Assembly: GCA_902760955.1 (NCBI GenBank)
Contig: CACWIG010000006.1
Location: forward strand, 1,354-65,353
Reading direction: 5' to 3'
From: an uncultured Ruminococcus sp.
Lineage (GTDB): Bacteria; Bacillota; Clostridia; Monoglobales; Monoglobaceae
DNA: 64,000 nt
In this document: in pieces, positions 9,214 to 19,107 of the stretch
How the letters are laid out: each line of letters starts with the position of its first letter
Position numbering within the stretch: the stretch's first letter is position 1
The notes under the pieces: model-generated
The model's input: the letters and a program-made list of their open reading frames with translations, nothing else
Databases searched by the model: none
Told to the model about the DNA's origin: nothing
Made by a program: the position numbers and the translations under genes

Positions 9214-9254
9214 AGACAGTTCGTGACCATCCTGTCTATAAACAAAACTACGGG
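9214..9254 (+). promoter_or_regulatory. preQ1-I riboswitch aptamer
   Basis: AGACAG-UUCGUGACCAUC-CUGUCU-AUAAACAAAACUACGG. Compare the B. subtilis queC aptamer AGAGG-UUCUAGCUACAC-CCUCU-AUAAAAAACUAAGG. Loop CGUG can pair with tail UACG (H-type pseudoknot). The downstream gene is a YhhQ-type preQ0/preQ1 transporter. Confidence 0.75.
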
Positions 9255-9258
9255 TGAT

Positions 9259-9284
9259 GGGCGTTGTACGCCCTCTTTTCTTTT
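9259..9284 (+). terminator. Short intrinsic terminator (candidate riboswitch expression platform)
   Basis: GGGCG-TTGTA-CGCCC followed by TCTTTTCTTTT. The stem is only 5 bp. Confidence 0.45.
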
Positions 9285-9325
9285 CAGGATGGATTGCGTC
9301 ATACTATATTTAAAAGGTGATACAA

Positions 9326-10078
9326 ATGATTAAAAAAATCCGTACTGAATATCAAGAATTTCAAATTCTTATGAAATCTGTTCCATCATTAATTTTAGGG
9401 CTGTTTTTAATGTCTGTATTCTCTATGAACTTGTTAGCTAACAAAAGCATAACCCTTCCTTACGAATGGCTCGCATTAGATTGCGGAATAATTGTGTCTT
9501 GGTTTACATTCTTAACAATGGATATAATTACTACACATTTCGGTCCTAAAGCATCAACAGAACTATCAATATTTGCTATTATAATTAATTTAATTTTTTG
9601 CACCATCTTCTATATCGGCAGCTCTATCCCTGGTATGTGGGGAGAATCATTTTCTGCAATTGACGGAGCATCTGTCAATATGGCACTTGACAACACCTTT
9701 GGCGGTACTTGGTACGTAGTTGCAGGCAGTACAATTGCTTTTGTTGTATCGGCTGTAATTAATAATTTCTCTAACTTTGCAATAGGTAAATTATATAAGA
9801 AAACCCCCAACAGCTATATTGCATATATTTCAAGAACATATATTTCAACTGCAATAGGTCAGTTTGCTGATAATATGACATTTGCTCTTATCGTCAGCCA
9901 TTTCTTCTTTGGTTGGACATTAGTACAATGTATCACCTGTGCTGTTACAGGTATGTTGGTTGAACTACTCTGCGAAATCATCTTCTCCTTCTTCGGCTTT
10001 AAAATATGCAAGAAATGGAGAAAAAACAACATTGGCAAGGAGTATATAGAATATCGTAAAACTTTAAAAGAGGTGTGA
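9326..10078 (+). CDS. yhhQ: Queuosine-precursor (preQ0/preQ1) transporter, YhhQ/VUT (DUF165) family
   Basis: Multi-TM protein with YhhQ-like blocks (..FLTMDIITTHFGPKAS.., ..GQFADNMTFALIV..). Start moved to ATG 9326 (RBS AAAAGGTGA) rather than GTG 9317. Preceded by the preQ1-I riboswitch. Confidence 0.75.
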   Translation: MIKKIRTEYQEFQILMKSVPSLILGLFLMSVFSMNLLANKSITLPYEWLALDCGIIVSWFTFLTMDIITTHFGPKASTELSIFAIIINLIFCTIFYIGSSIPGMWGESFSAIDGASVNMALDNTFGGTWYVVAGSTIAFVVSAVINNFSNFAIGKLYKKTPNSYIAYISRTYISTAIGQFADNMTFALIVSHFFFGWTLVQCITCAVTGMLVELLCEIIFSFFGFKICKKWRKNNIGKEYIEYRKTLKEV

Positions 10079-10080
10079 AT

Positions 10081-10728
10081 ATGAAGATTTTAATAACAGG
10101 TACCTCAAGCGGTATCGGCAAAGGTATTGCAGAAAAATTTTTAAACAGCGGTCATAATGTTATCGGAATAGATGTTATGGACTCAGCAATCAATAACGAC
10201 AATTACACTCATTATCAAGCAGACATTTTCAGCGACACTCTGCCCGATATTAACGACATTGAGATTTTAATAAACAATGCAGGGGTTCAGAATACCAATT
10301 CTGATATAGACATAAACTTAAAAGGTACAATCAAGGTAACAGAAAAATATGCCTTTCAGGATAAAATTAAAAGTGTACTTTATGTAGCCTCCTCAAGTGC
10401 GAGTACAGGCTCTGAATTTCCAGAATATGCTGCAAGCAAGGGCGGTGTTGTTGCTTATATGAAAAATGTTGCACTGCGAATTTCAGAGTATGGCGCAACC
10501 TCTAACAGCATTTCCCCAGGCGGAGTGTTAACAGACCTCAATAATCATATAATCGACTCTCCTGATTTATGGAAAAAAGTAATGGACGAAACTCTGTTGC
10601 CTAAATGGGCGAGTGTGGAAGAAATTGCCGATTGGGCATATTTTGTAACTGTTATAAATAAATCAATGACAGCTCAAGATATATTGATTGACAACGGCGA
10701 AGCCGCAAAATCAAATTTTATATGGTAA
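10081..10728 (+). CDS. Short-chain dehydrogenase/reductase (SDR) family oxidoreductase
   Basis: TGTSSGIGKG cofactor motif, NNAG, catalytic YAASK. ATG 10081 is preferred (RBS AGAGGTG). The yhhQ stop at 10076-10078 is 2 nt upstream, so the two genes are probably co-translated. Confidence 0.8.
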   Translation: MKILITGTSSGIGKGIAEKFLNSGHNVIGIDVMDSAINNDNYTHYQADIFSDTLPDINDIEILINNAGVQNTNSDIDINLKGTIKVTEKYAFQDKIKSVLYVASSSASTGSEFPEYAASKGGVVAYMKNVALRISEYGATSNSISPGGVLTDLNNHIIDSPDLWKKVMDETLLPKWASVEEIADWAYFVTVINKSMTAQDILIDNGEAAKSNFIW

Positions 10729-10796
10729 CCCAAAACTTGACAAACCAACCCTTTTGTAGTATACTTGTAAAAGTTTTTTAACATAGGGGTGATTAT

Positions 10797-10991
10797 ATGA
10801 ATAACGAAGCTATCGAACAGCCTAACATCAAACAAGAGATTAAAGAGCTTGAAAACGTTTCCATAATAGCAATGGAAAACTTAGAGGCAGAGCTTAACAA
10901 ATATTCTGAGGAAATTCACTCTGGTGAAATAGAGCTTTTGTCTATCCACCCCGACAGACCTTTGATTTTAGATATTAAAAAAGTATATTAG
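10797..10991 (+). CDS. Hypothetical small acidic protein (64 aa)
   Basis: RBS AGGGGTGA upstream and a strong terminator immediately downstream. I recognise no family. Confidence 0.4.
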   Translation: MNNEAIEQPNIKQEIKELENVSIIAMENLEAELNKYSEEIHSGEIELLSIHPDRPLILDIKKVY

Positions 10992-10992
10992 T

Positions 10993-11027
10993 AAACAGTT
11001 TCCCATCGTAAAGGGAACTGTTTTTTA
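10993..11027 (+). terminator. Intrinsic terminator
   Basis: AAACAGTTTCCC-atcgtaaa-GGGAACTGTTT followed by TTTTTATTT. Confidence 0.7.
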
Positions 11028-11068
11028 TTTATACATAATGCAAATCAAATTCATCTTCTCTTCTGCTT

Positions 11069-11689
11069 CTATTTATATCTCTTCCTGAAGTTTTTGGGGG
11101 ATTCTCCGTACTTTTTTGAAAACTCTTCATTAAACCAACTTACATTGTTAAACCCCGACTCATAACAGATATTCAATACCTTCATATCAGTTTTGATTAA
11201 CATATTTGCCACGTATTCAAGCCTTATATTATTTATAAAAGCGGTTGATGTTGTGTTGTTATACTTTTTCATACATCTTGCTATATGTTCACGGCTTTTC
11301 CCTGAAATTTCACACATCATATCTATTCCCTGGACAAAGTTTTCCTTTTTGGTCATTTTCTTACACATATCAATAAACCATCTCGGTGCAGGCAATGCCT
11401 CTGACAAGTAATTGTCCGAAAAATAGTTATGCAGAATTTGAGAAAGGAAAAATCTCGAATGATATGCAACCTCGTCAGCAGACCTTTCTTTTGATATTTT
11501 ATAGAGAGCATCAAACTGTTCGGCAAGTTGCTTTCGTTCCATATCTCCTATATATACAATAGGTGGCATAGCGGCATTGATGACACTTTCATAGTCAAAT
11601 CCGCTACCAAACCAATTTAAAAGTCTATCAACTACATCCTGAGAGAACGCCATATTATAAAATTCACATTCTCCATTTGGATTTTTCAT
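11069..11689 (-). CDS. AraC family regulator lacking the N-terminal sensor domain (short, 206 aa)
   Basis: The C-terminal AraC HTH pair is intact (..IARCMKKYNNTTSTAFINNIRLEYVANML..GFNNVSWFNEEFSKKYGESPKNFR). The protein begins where other AraC proteins in this window are at about residue 80. Confidence 0.7.
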   Translation of the reverse strand: MKNPNGECEFYNMAFSQDVVDRLLNWFGSGFDYESVINAAMPPIVYIGDMERKQLAEQFDALYKISKERSADEVAYHSRFFLSQILHNYFSDNYLSEALPAPRWFIDMCKKMTKKENFVQGIDMMCEISGKSREHIARCMKKYNNTTSTAFINNIRLEYVANMLIKTDMKVLNICYESGFNNVSWFNEEFSKKYGESPKNFRKRYK

Positions 11690-11827
11690 ATATCCTGCTT
11701 GCTTTCATTTCATACACCACCTAAATATCACAATACCATAAAAAACTAAACATGTCAACATAAGACATTACATTTTTAGTATGGTATACTCTAAACATCA
11801 AACTTATATTATGAAAGGGGAATACTT

Positions 11828-14800
11828 ATGGATTTCTTTATTCACAAAGTAAAAAGAGCATGCGAAATGTTACACAACTACCGCATCAATCAGTTATTTG
11901 ACATTGATAATTTGGAAATAGTTGAAGCTGATTACAAGACAAACAATAACCCTCCTGCAAAGGAATGCTTCCGTCCTTATAAAAAGAACGAATATATCGG
12001 CGGAACTGACAAACACTTCTGGCTTCACACATCATTTAAGACACCAGATGCCGAAATCGGCAAATCAATATTCTTTGAATTAAAGACAGGTTTCGACGGA
12101 AAATGGCAAACAGGTTCTAACACTTAATGCCTGATATATTTAAACGGAGAAATGGCACAGGGACTTGATTTAAACCATACTGAATTACATCTTGAACCTA
12201 ACACCGAATACGATATGTACATATATATGTACATAGAAAAATTAGGTCTTACACTTTCTGCAAATCTTTACGAAATGGACGATTTAACAAACGACTATTA
12301 CTATGACATATACGTTCCGTATATGTATGTTTTAACTTCAGAAGATAAAGACTTAAATCACGAAAAAGATGAAAATCACGATATAATTATAGATGCCCTT
12401 GAAGCATCAATTAATCTTGTTGACTTCAGAAAAGTGTACAGTCCTGAATTTTATGAAAGCATCAAAAATGCACGTGAATATCTTTACGAAAATTTCTACA
12501 ATAACAAAAATATTTGCGGAAAGTCCAATGCTATTGTAAACTGTATCGGTCATACACACATTGACGTAGCCTGGCTCTGGCGTTTGAGACAGACTGTCGA
12601 AAAGGCACAACGCAGCTTTGCAACAGTTATAAAACTTATGGAGGAGTTCCCCGAATACAAATTTATGTCCTCGCAGCCTCAGTTATATAAATTTGTAAAG
12701 CAAGAGGCACCTGAGGTATATGAAAAGATTAAGGAAATGGTCAAAGAAAAGCGCTGGGAGGTAGATGGGGCAATGTGGCTTGAAGCCGACTGCAACCTCA
12801 TCAGCGGTGAAAGTATGGTAAGACAGATTATACACGGAAAACAATTTATGCAAGAGGAATTTGGCGTGGACAGCAAATGTCTGTGGCTGCCTGACGTTTT
12901 TGGCTATAGTGCCGCAATGCCTCAAATTCTCAAAAAATGCGGTGTAGATAAATTTGTTACCTCTAAAATAAGTTGGAACGAATCAAACAGAATGCCCTAT
13001 GACACATTTATGTGGGAGGGGATTGACGGAACAGAAATATTCTCATACTTCCTCACTGCGCAGCGTTATAACAAATATAATCCCGATTTCAATATTACAA
13101 CATATATCGGTCACATAAACCCAGAACACGTAAAAGGTACTTGGTACAGATATCAGCAAAAGGAATACAACAACGAAACTATAATTACATTTGGATATGG
13201 TGATGGCGGCGGCGGACCAACCCGTGATATGCTTATGCAACAAAGACGTTTAAAATACGGGCTTCCGGGACTGCCAAAAACTCAAATCAGCTTTGCAGGT
13301 GACTTCCTTAACAGAGTAGAGAAGAATTTTAATGAAAACTGTAAAAAACTGAATAACACGCCTAAATGGGTGGGCGAGTTATACCTTGAAATGCACCGCG
13401 GAACATATACTTCTATTGCAAAGAATAAACGCAATAACCGAAAGAGCGAAATAATGTATCAGAATGCAGAACAATTATCTGTTATGGATATGCTAATGCT
13501 GGGTGATGAATACCCTTATGAAGATATTAGAAATTCTTGGGAAACCATCTTGTTAAATCAATTTCACGATATTCTCCCTGGTTCTTCAATATTTGAGGTG
13601 TATGAGGACACCGATAAAGATTACAAGAGGATAATGGACCTTGGAAACAATATAATCTCTGATAAGCTGAACAAGTTGGCAAAAGGCGTACAGACAGACG
13701 GCGGAACTCTTGTATATAACCCAACAGGCTTTGAGGCAAACGGCGTTGTAAACATCAATGGCGAAAACATATATGTTGAAAATATACCGCCTATGGGATA
13801 CAAGGTTTGCAAAAATATCCCTGCAAGCAAGAACTGTGTAACCGTTTCTGAACGTAAATTAGAAAACAAATATTTTACTCTTAAATTTGATGAAAACTAT
13901 AACATAATTTCTTTGTACGACAAAATCAATGACAAGGAAGTAGTTAAAAGTAACGAAAAATTTAATCAGTTGCGCATTTTTGAGGATATACCAAAGAATT
14001 ATGATGCTTGGGAAATAACAAGCTACTACACCAGAAAATCCTGGGATATAAACGATGTATCTGCTGTTGAATTTATACAGGGCAAGACTATGGGCGGAGT
14101 AAAAATCACAAGAAAGTATTTAGACTCCTCCATTACACAATCAATTATTCTTTACAATGATATTGACAGAATTGACTTCGACACCGAAATCGATTGGAGT
14201 GAAACACATCAGTTGCTTAAGACATTCTTCCCCATAAACGTACACGCAAATGAGGCAACCTATGAAATTCAGTTCGGTAACGTAAAACGCCCAACTCATA
14301 AAAACACGTCCTGGGAACAGGCGAAATTTGAGGTTTGTGCACACAAGTGGGCTGATATTTCTGACGACGGATATGGTGTAAGTTTGATAAACGACTGCAA
14401 ATACGGTCACAGTGCATCAGGCAGCACCCTCTGCCTTACCCTGTTAAAATGTGCTACCAACCCGAACCCTGTAGCCGACCAGGGACGTCATATTTTTTCA
14501 TATTCGATATGTCCTCACGCAGGCAGCTTTAAAACAGGTGAAACAATTAAAAAGGCATATTTGTTCAATAATCCGCTTATGACTGTTCCCATTGACAAAC
14601 AAGACGGCACCTTACCTGAAAGCTTCTCGTTCGTCAACACCAACAGTAAGAATATAGTAGTAGAAACAGTAAAGAAAGCAGAAAAATCTGACGATATAAT
14701 TCTTCGTTTCTATGAAGCCTTTGACCGTAGCGGAAATGTAACCTTGAATTTCGGTATACCTGTAAAAGAAGTATACTTGTGTGATATGCTTGAAAATAAC

Positions 14801-14887
14801 ATTGAACCCATTGAGGTAAAAGGTAATTCTGTTACCTTACCTGTTTCAAACTTCGAGATTACGACATTAAAGCTATCTATAAAATAA
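11828..14887 (+). pseudogene. GH38 alpha-mannosidase interrupted by one in-frame TAA (12125-12127)
   Basis: ORFs 11828-12127 and 12152-14887 are in the same frame (starts 324 nt apart). Read-through gives ..GSNT*CLIYLNGEMAQGLDLNH... Downstream GH38 blocks: HTHIDVAWLW, WLPDVFGYS, QFHDILPGS. Confidence 0.8.
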
Positions 14888-14890
14888 GTT

Positions 14891-14935
14891 ACAAACAAGT
14901 TCCCGAAAGGTATAGCCCTTCGGGAACTTGTTTGT
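14891..14935. terminator. Hairpin terminator after the GH38 gene
   Basis: ACAAACAAGTTCCCGAAGG-tatag-CCCTTCGGGAACTTGTTTGT, a long GC-containing stem. Confidence 0.7.
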
Positions 14936-14940
14936 ATAAT

Positions 14941-14987
14941 AAAAACTGCAACATTAGTATTGAACTAACATTGCAGATTTTTTATTT
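14941..14987. terminator. Bidirectional terminator (serves lysS on the minus strand)
   Basis: CTGCAACATTAG-tattgaa-CTAACATTGCAG, flanked by AAAAA on the left and TTTTTTATTTT on the right. Confidence 0.6.
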
Positions 14988-15067
14988 TGAATATGCTCTT
15001 CCTATTTGGTCGTAAATTGGTCGTAAGTTTTATATTTCAATCCTCAAAAACCTTGATTTTACGCCAT

Positions 15068-16576
15068 TTATTTCTCCAACGGCTTCATTGTGGGGAATAA
15101 TAAAACGTCACGTATTGAAGAGCTGTCTGTCAGGAGCATAACAAGTCTGTCGATACCTATTCCCAATCCACCTGTTGGAGGTAAACCGTATTCAAGAGCG
15201 TTTACGTAATCCTCGTCCATCATTCCCGCTTCTTCGTCGCCTGCTTCACGCTTTTCAACCTGCTTAACAAATCTATCTTTCTGGTCAATTGGGTCGTTAA
15301 GCTCAGAAAAAGCGTTACCATATTCACGTCCTGTAATAAACACTTCAAATCTTTCGGTGAACTCAGGGTTTGAAGGCATACGTTTTGCAAGGGGTGAAAT
15401 TTCAACGGGATATTCTGTTATAAATGTTGGCTGAATTAAATTTTCCTCAACCTTTTCTTCAAATGCAAGGCTGATTATTTCGCCCTTACTCAAAGGTCCG
15501 TTTTCTTCATCAACCTCAATACCGATTGACTCTGCCAAAGCCTTGGCTTCTGCTGCATCTGCAACAGTTGAAAAATCTGCACCCGAATACTCTTTGATAG
15601 CGTCTATCATAGATATTCTGCGCCACGGACTTCCCAAATCAATTTCGACACCCTGATAGGTAATCTTGGTTGTTCCTAAAATCTGTTCAGCCACAGTCTT
15701 TATCATATCCTCTGTTAAATTCATCATTCCAACATAATCTGTATATGCTTCATACAGCTCAATCGTGGTGAACTCAGGGTTATGCTTTATGTCCATACCT
15801 TCGTTTCTGAACAATCTTCCCATCTCGTAAACCTTTTCAAAACCGCCTACAATCAATCTCTTTAAGTACAATTCAGGAGCAATTCTAAGGTACATATCAA
15901 TATCGAGTGTGTTGTGGTGAGTAATAAAAGGTCTTGCATTAGCACCACCAGGAATTGTATTCAAAATAGGAGTTTCAACCTCCATATAACCTCTGCTGTC
16001 AAGATAATTTCTGATAGCGGTCATTATCTTGCTGCGGATTTCAAATGTACGCTTAACCTCAGGATTCATAATCAGGTCGACATAACGCTGTCTGTATCTC
16101 AAATCAGTATTTGTAAGCCCGTGGAACTTCTCAGGCAATGGTCTTAATGACTTTGACAAAAGTGTAATACTGCTTGTCCTGATTGACATTTCACCCTTTT
16201 GAGTTTTAAAAACCTCACCTGTTACGCCAATCATATCGCCGATATCGAGTTTCTTGTACTTTTTGTACTCTTCCTCTCCCATTTCGTCACGTTTTACACA
16301 GAGCTGTATTCTGTTACTGCCGTCACGAAGGTCAGCAAATGACATTTTACCCATTACACGCTTTGACATCATTCTGCCTGCAACTGTAACAATTTTGCCT
16401 TCATATTTGTCATAATTTTCTCTGATATCGTCGATTTTGTCTGTTCTGTCAAACTTTGTAATCTTAAAAGGATCTTCTCCGTTTTCGCGAAGAACCGCAA
16501 GCTTTTCTCTGCGGACCTTAAGAACTTCTGTGAGCTCTTTTTCTTCTGCAATATTTTGTCCTATATTTTCACTCAT
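15068..16576 (-). CDS. lysS: Lysine--tRNA ligase (class II)
   Basis: 502 aa. Class II motifs (..[20 protein letters not shown].., ..[14 protein letters not shown]..) and an N-terminal OB anticodon-binding domain. Confidence 0.95.
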   Translation of the reverse strand: MSENIGQNIAEEKELTEVLKVRREKLAVLRENGEDPFKITKFDRTDKIDDIRENYDKYEGKIVTVAGRMMSKRVMGKMSFADLRDGSNRIQLCVKRDEMGEEEYKKYKKLDIGDMIGVTGEVFKTQKGEMSIRTSSITLLSKSLRPLPEKFHGLTNTDLRYRQRYVDLIMNPEVKRTFEIRSKIMTAIRNYLDSRGYMEVETPILNTIPGGANARPFITHHNTLDIDMYLRIAPELYLKRLIVGGFEKVYEMGRLFRNEGMDIKHNPEFTTIELYEAYTDYVGMMNLTEDMIKTVAEQILGTTKITYQGVEIDLGSPWRRISMIDAIKEYSGADFSTVADAAEAKALAESIGIEVDEENGPLSKGEIISLAFEEKVEENLIQPTFITEYPVEISPLAKRMPSNPEFTERFEVFITGREYGNAFSELNDPIDQKDRFVKQVEKREAGDEEAGMMDEDYVNALEYGLPPTGGLGIGIDRLVMLLTDSSSIRDVLLFPTMKPLEK

Positions 16577-16606
16577 TTCACGAAATTCCTTTCCAATAAA
16601 AACTTA

Positions 16607-17092
16607 TTATTCAATAGCGAGAATTTTATATTCAATCGGACCGTCAGCACTATCGACGGTTGCAGTGTCACCCACGCTCTTACCCTTGATAGCAAGGAAA
16701 AGAGGACATTCGTTAGATATTGTCATATTATCGTCATTTGTGGGGTCAGCCTCTGTTGAACCGACAATCGTGTACCAATCCACTTCACCCAAATCAACAT
16801 CTTCTATCTGAACTTTTGTGCCGACACCAACCTTAGACCTATCGATATCTTCATCATCAATAACTTCCACGTTTTTGAGCATTGTTTCAAGCTCAACAAT
16901 ACGAAGTTCAACCTGAGCCTGCTCATTTTTAGCCTCATCATACTCAGAGTTTTCAGAGAGGTCACCGAAGCCGAGAGCAACTTTGATTTTTTCGGAAACT
17001 TCTTTACGTTTTTTTGTTTTGAGATATTCAAATTCTTCTTCTAATTTCTTTAAGCCTTCACTTGTCAAAGTAATTTTTTTACTGTTTTCCAT
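16607..17092 (-). CDS. greA: Transcription elongation factor GreA
   Basis: [25 protein letters not shown]...[16 protein letters not shown]. Start trimmed to the conserved Met (17092) rather than the extended ORF start at 17173. Confidence 0.9.
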   Translation of the reverse strand: MENSKKITLTSEGLKKLEEEFEYLKTKKRKEVSEKIKVALGFGDLSENSEYDEAKNEQAQVELRIVELETMLKNVEVIDDEDIDRSKVGVGTKVQIEDVDLGEVDWYTIVGSTEADPTNDDNMTISNECPLFLAIKGKSVGDTATVDSADGPIEYKILAIE

Positions 17093-17183
17093 TGATAAAT
17101 CAATCCTTTCGCATAATACATCAATCAGATGATGCAAAACATCTGCACATATCGTAATATTATACAATATCAAAGCACAAATG

Positions 17184-17912
17184 TCAACTTATTTTTAATA
17201 GGTTGCTTCCTGATTTCAGATATTTAATTTGTAATTTATTTAACTCTTTTATTCTTTTGGTAACATCTTCGGTATTAATTTTATAATCACCAAAATCAAT
17301 ACCATAATCAATTCCGTCGACAATCAAATCTGCCACTCTGATTATTCCTTTGTCGGCATCTATAAGCATACTTGAAGGACCTGTTTTAAAATTCCTTGAA
17401 TACTCCTCTACTTCTATCCAAACGCCAAACTCAATAAAAATCTTTTCCGCAGTTCTTTCAGCTTCTGCGATACGTTCTGTTTTCAATGAAATATTTTGGG
17501 CATATAAGCAAAGCCTTGAAAGTGCATCTGCATCGGCAAATGTAAGTTCTTTGTCAATTATTATAAGTTTACTTTTATTTGATTTGACTCCATATTTTTT
17601 CATACAGATGGCAAAGCAGTTTAAAAGCTCATCAGATGGAATACCTCTTTTACAGCAAACATCAGCATCACTCTCTCCTGTATGGGTGATGATATTCACA
17701 CCCATTTGAGCAAGAAGCCGCTCCGCCGACTTAATTCTTCTTTTCAATATCAGCTTGCCGATAGCTGATGTCTCCGAAAACACAGACCTGACTTCAACAG
17801 GAAAAAACGCAACCTCGTCGCCGAAACTTTCCTTTACCTCAAGATTTTTCGCACTTAAATCTTTTAATATTCCTTTTTTCTTTTGCACCGAAACTATGCC
17901 GACGCTAATCAT
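17184..17912 (-). CDS. Hypothetical protein (242 aa), last gene of the ftsEX-M23-ctpA cluster
   Basis: The start overlaps the ctpA-like stop by 4 nt (ATGA). I recognise no motif. Confidence 0.5.
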   Translation of the reverse strand: MISVGIVSVQKKKGILKDLSAKNLEVKESFGDEVAFFPVEVRSVFSETSAIGKLILKRRIKSAERLLAQMGVNIITHTGESDADVCCKRGIPSDELLNCFAICMKKYGVKSNKSKLIIIDKELTFADADALSRLCLYAQNISLKTERIAEAERTAEKIFIEFGVWIEVEEYSRNFKTGPSSMLIDADKGIIRVADLIVDGIDYGIDFGDYKINTEDVTKRIKELNKLQIKYLKSGSNLLKIS

Positions 17913-19093
17913 TTTGTCAGATACTTCACCGCCTCTTTAAGCTGAATATCGTTTCCAATTCCTTTATTTATATCGGTTATCATATTCTCATATGACATCT
18001 CAATAGTTCTGTCAGGCTCTATGCCTGTTCCGTGTATGCAAACTCCATTTGGAGAATAGTATCTTGAAGTCGTAACCGACAGAATATTATTGGCACCTAC
18101 GGCCATAACGCTTTGAACTATTCCCTTACCGTATGTTTTTTCGCCTATTACATATGCTTTTCCGTAATCCTTTAAAGCTCCCGTTAAAACCTCACTTGCG
18201 GAGGCACTTCCTCCGTTTACAAGAATTACGATATCCATAGCATACTTTTTTCCGGCACCTAAATAATCTGTCGATTTGAACTCGCTTCTCTTGCCGTTTT
18301 TGTCAAGGGTATACGTGACAATTTCATCGGTATCTATAAACATACTTGAAATATTAACAGCTTCATTCAATATACCGCCAGGGTTATTGCGTAAATCAAT
18401 TATTAAGGACTTCATTTCCTCATTGCTTAAGTTATCCAAATGTTCTTTGACGCTACCTGAAACATTTTCGGTAAACTGCGAAATATTCAAATACCCAATT
18501 CCGTTATCAAGCATCTTGCTTGCAACGGTTTCTATGACAATCTTTCTTCTTGTTAAGGTGAGCTCCTGTTCAGAATTATCCTTGGCTTTTCTTATAGATA
18601 AAGTCACATCTGTTCCCTCTTCGCCGCGCATATAATCGCTTGCCTCATTCAACTGCTCGCCCGTATATACCTGACCATCTATCTTTAAGATTTTATCATC
18701 TGTTGTTATCCCAGCCTCTTCAGCAGGACTTCCTGCTATTGAAGAAACAACTGTTATCAGATTTTCTTCTGTATCACATTTTATATACATTCCCACACCG
18801 CAGTAATCCCCTTGCAACTGCTCCATATATTCAATGGCAGTATCTCCCCAATAATATTGTGTGTATGGGTCGCCTGTGGATGCCGCAACACCTGCTATTG
18901 CCATTTCAGCAGACTCGGCTCTGTCGATATCGTCATAATATGCGGAATTAATTATTCTCGATATTACCGAAAACTTTAAAAATTTATCCGTATTATCTAT
19001 TCCAAATGGGTTCAATATAAGAGTAGTCAATACCGCCGTCAAAATCACAATGGCTATTACGCTTACTATAACTCTTGATTTCTTTATATACAT
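17909..19093 (-). CDS. S41 family C-terminal processing peptidase (CtpA/CtpB-like) with PDZ domain
   Basis: 394 aa. N-terminal TM anchor, PDZ (GSPAEEAGITTDDKILKIDG), S41 core (..LRNNPGG.., ..VNGGSASASEV.., ..GEKTYGKG..). Confidence 0.85.
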   Translation of the reverse strand: MYIKKSRVIVSVIAIVILTAVLTTLILNPFGIDNTDKFLKFSVISRIINSAYYDDIDRAESAEMAIAGVAASTGDPYTQYYWGDTAIEYMEQLQGDYCGVGMYIKCDTEENLITVVSSIAGSPAEEAGITTDDKILKIDGQVYTGEQLNEASDYMRGEEGTDVTLSIRKAKDNSEQELTLTRRKIVIETVASKMLDNGIGYLNISQFTENVSGSVKEHLDNLSNEEMKSLIIDLRNNPGGILNEAVNISSMFIDTDEIVTYTLDKNGKRSEFKSTDYLGAGKKYAMDIVILVNGGSASASEVLTGALKDYGKAYVIGEKTYGKGIVQSVMAVGANNILSVTTSRYYSPNGVCIHGTGIEPDRTIEMSYENMITDINKGIGNDIQLKEAVKYLTK

Positions 19094-19107
19094 TTTATCG
19101 CCTCGAC

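Noticed and set aside
12125-12127. The in-frame TAA in GH38 as evidence of stop-codon reassignment or programmed read-through.
   Set aside because: TAA is the normal stop of many well-defined genes in this window, for example the AraC gene at 2032-2034 and the SGNH gene. No other gene shows internal TAA. A point mutation or base-call error is the simpler explanation.
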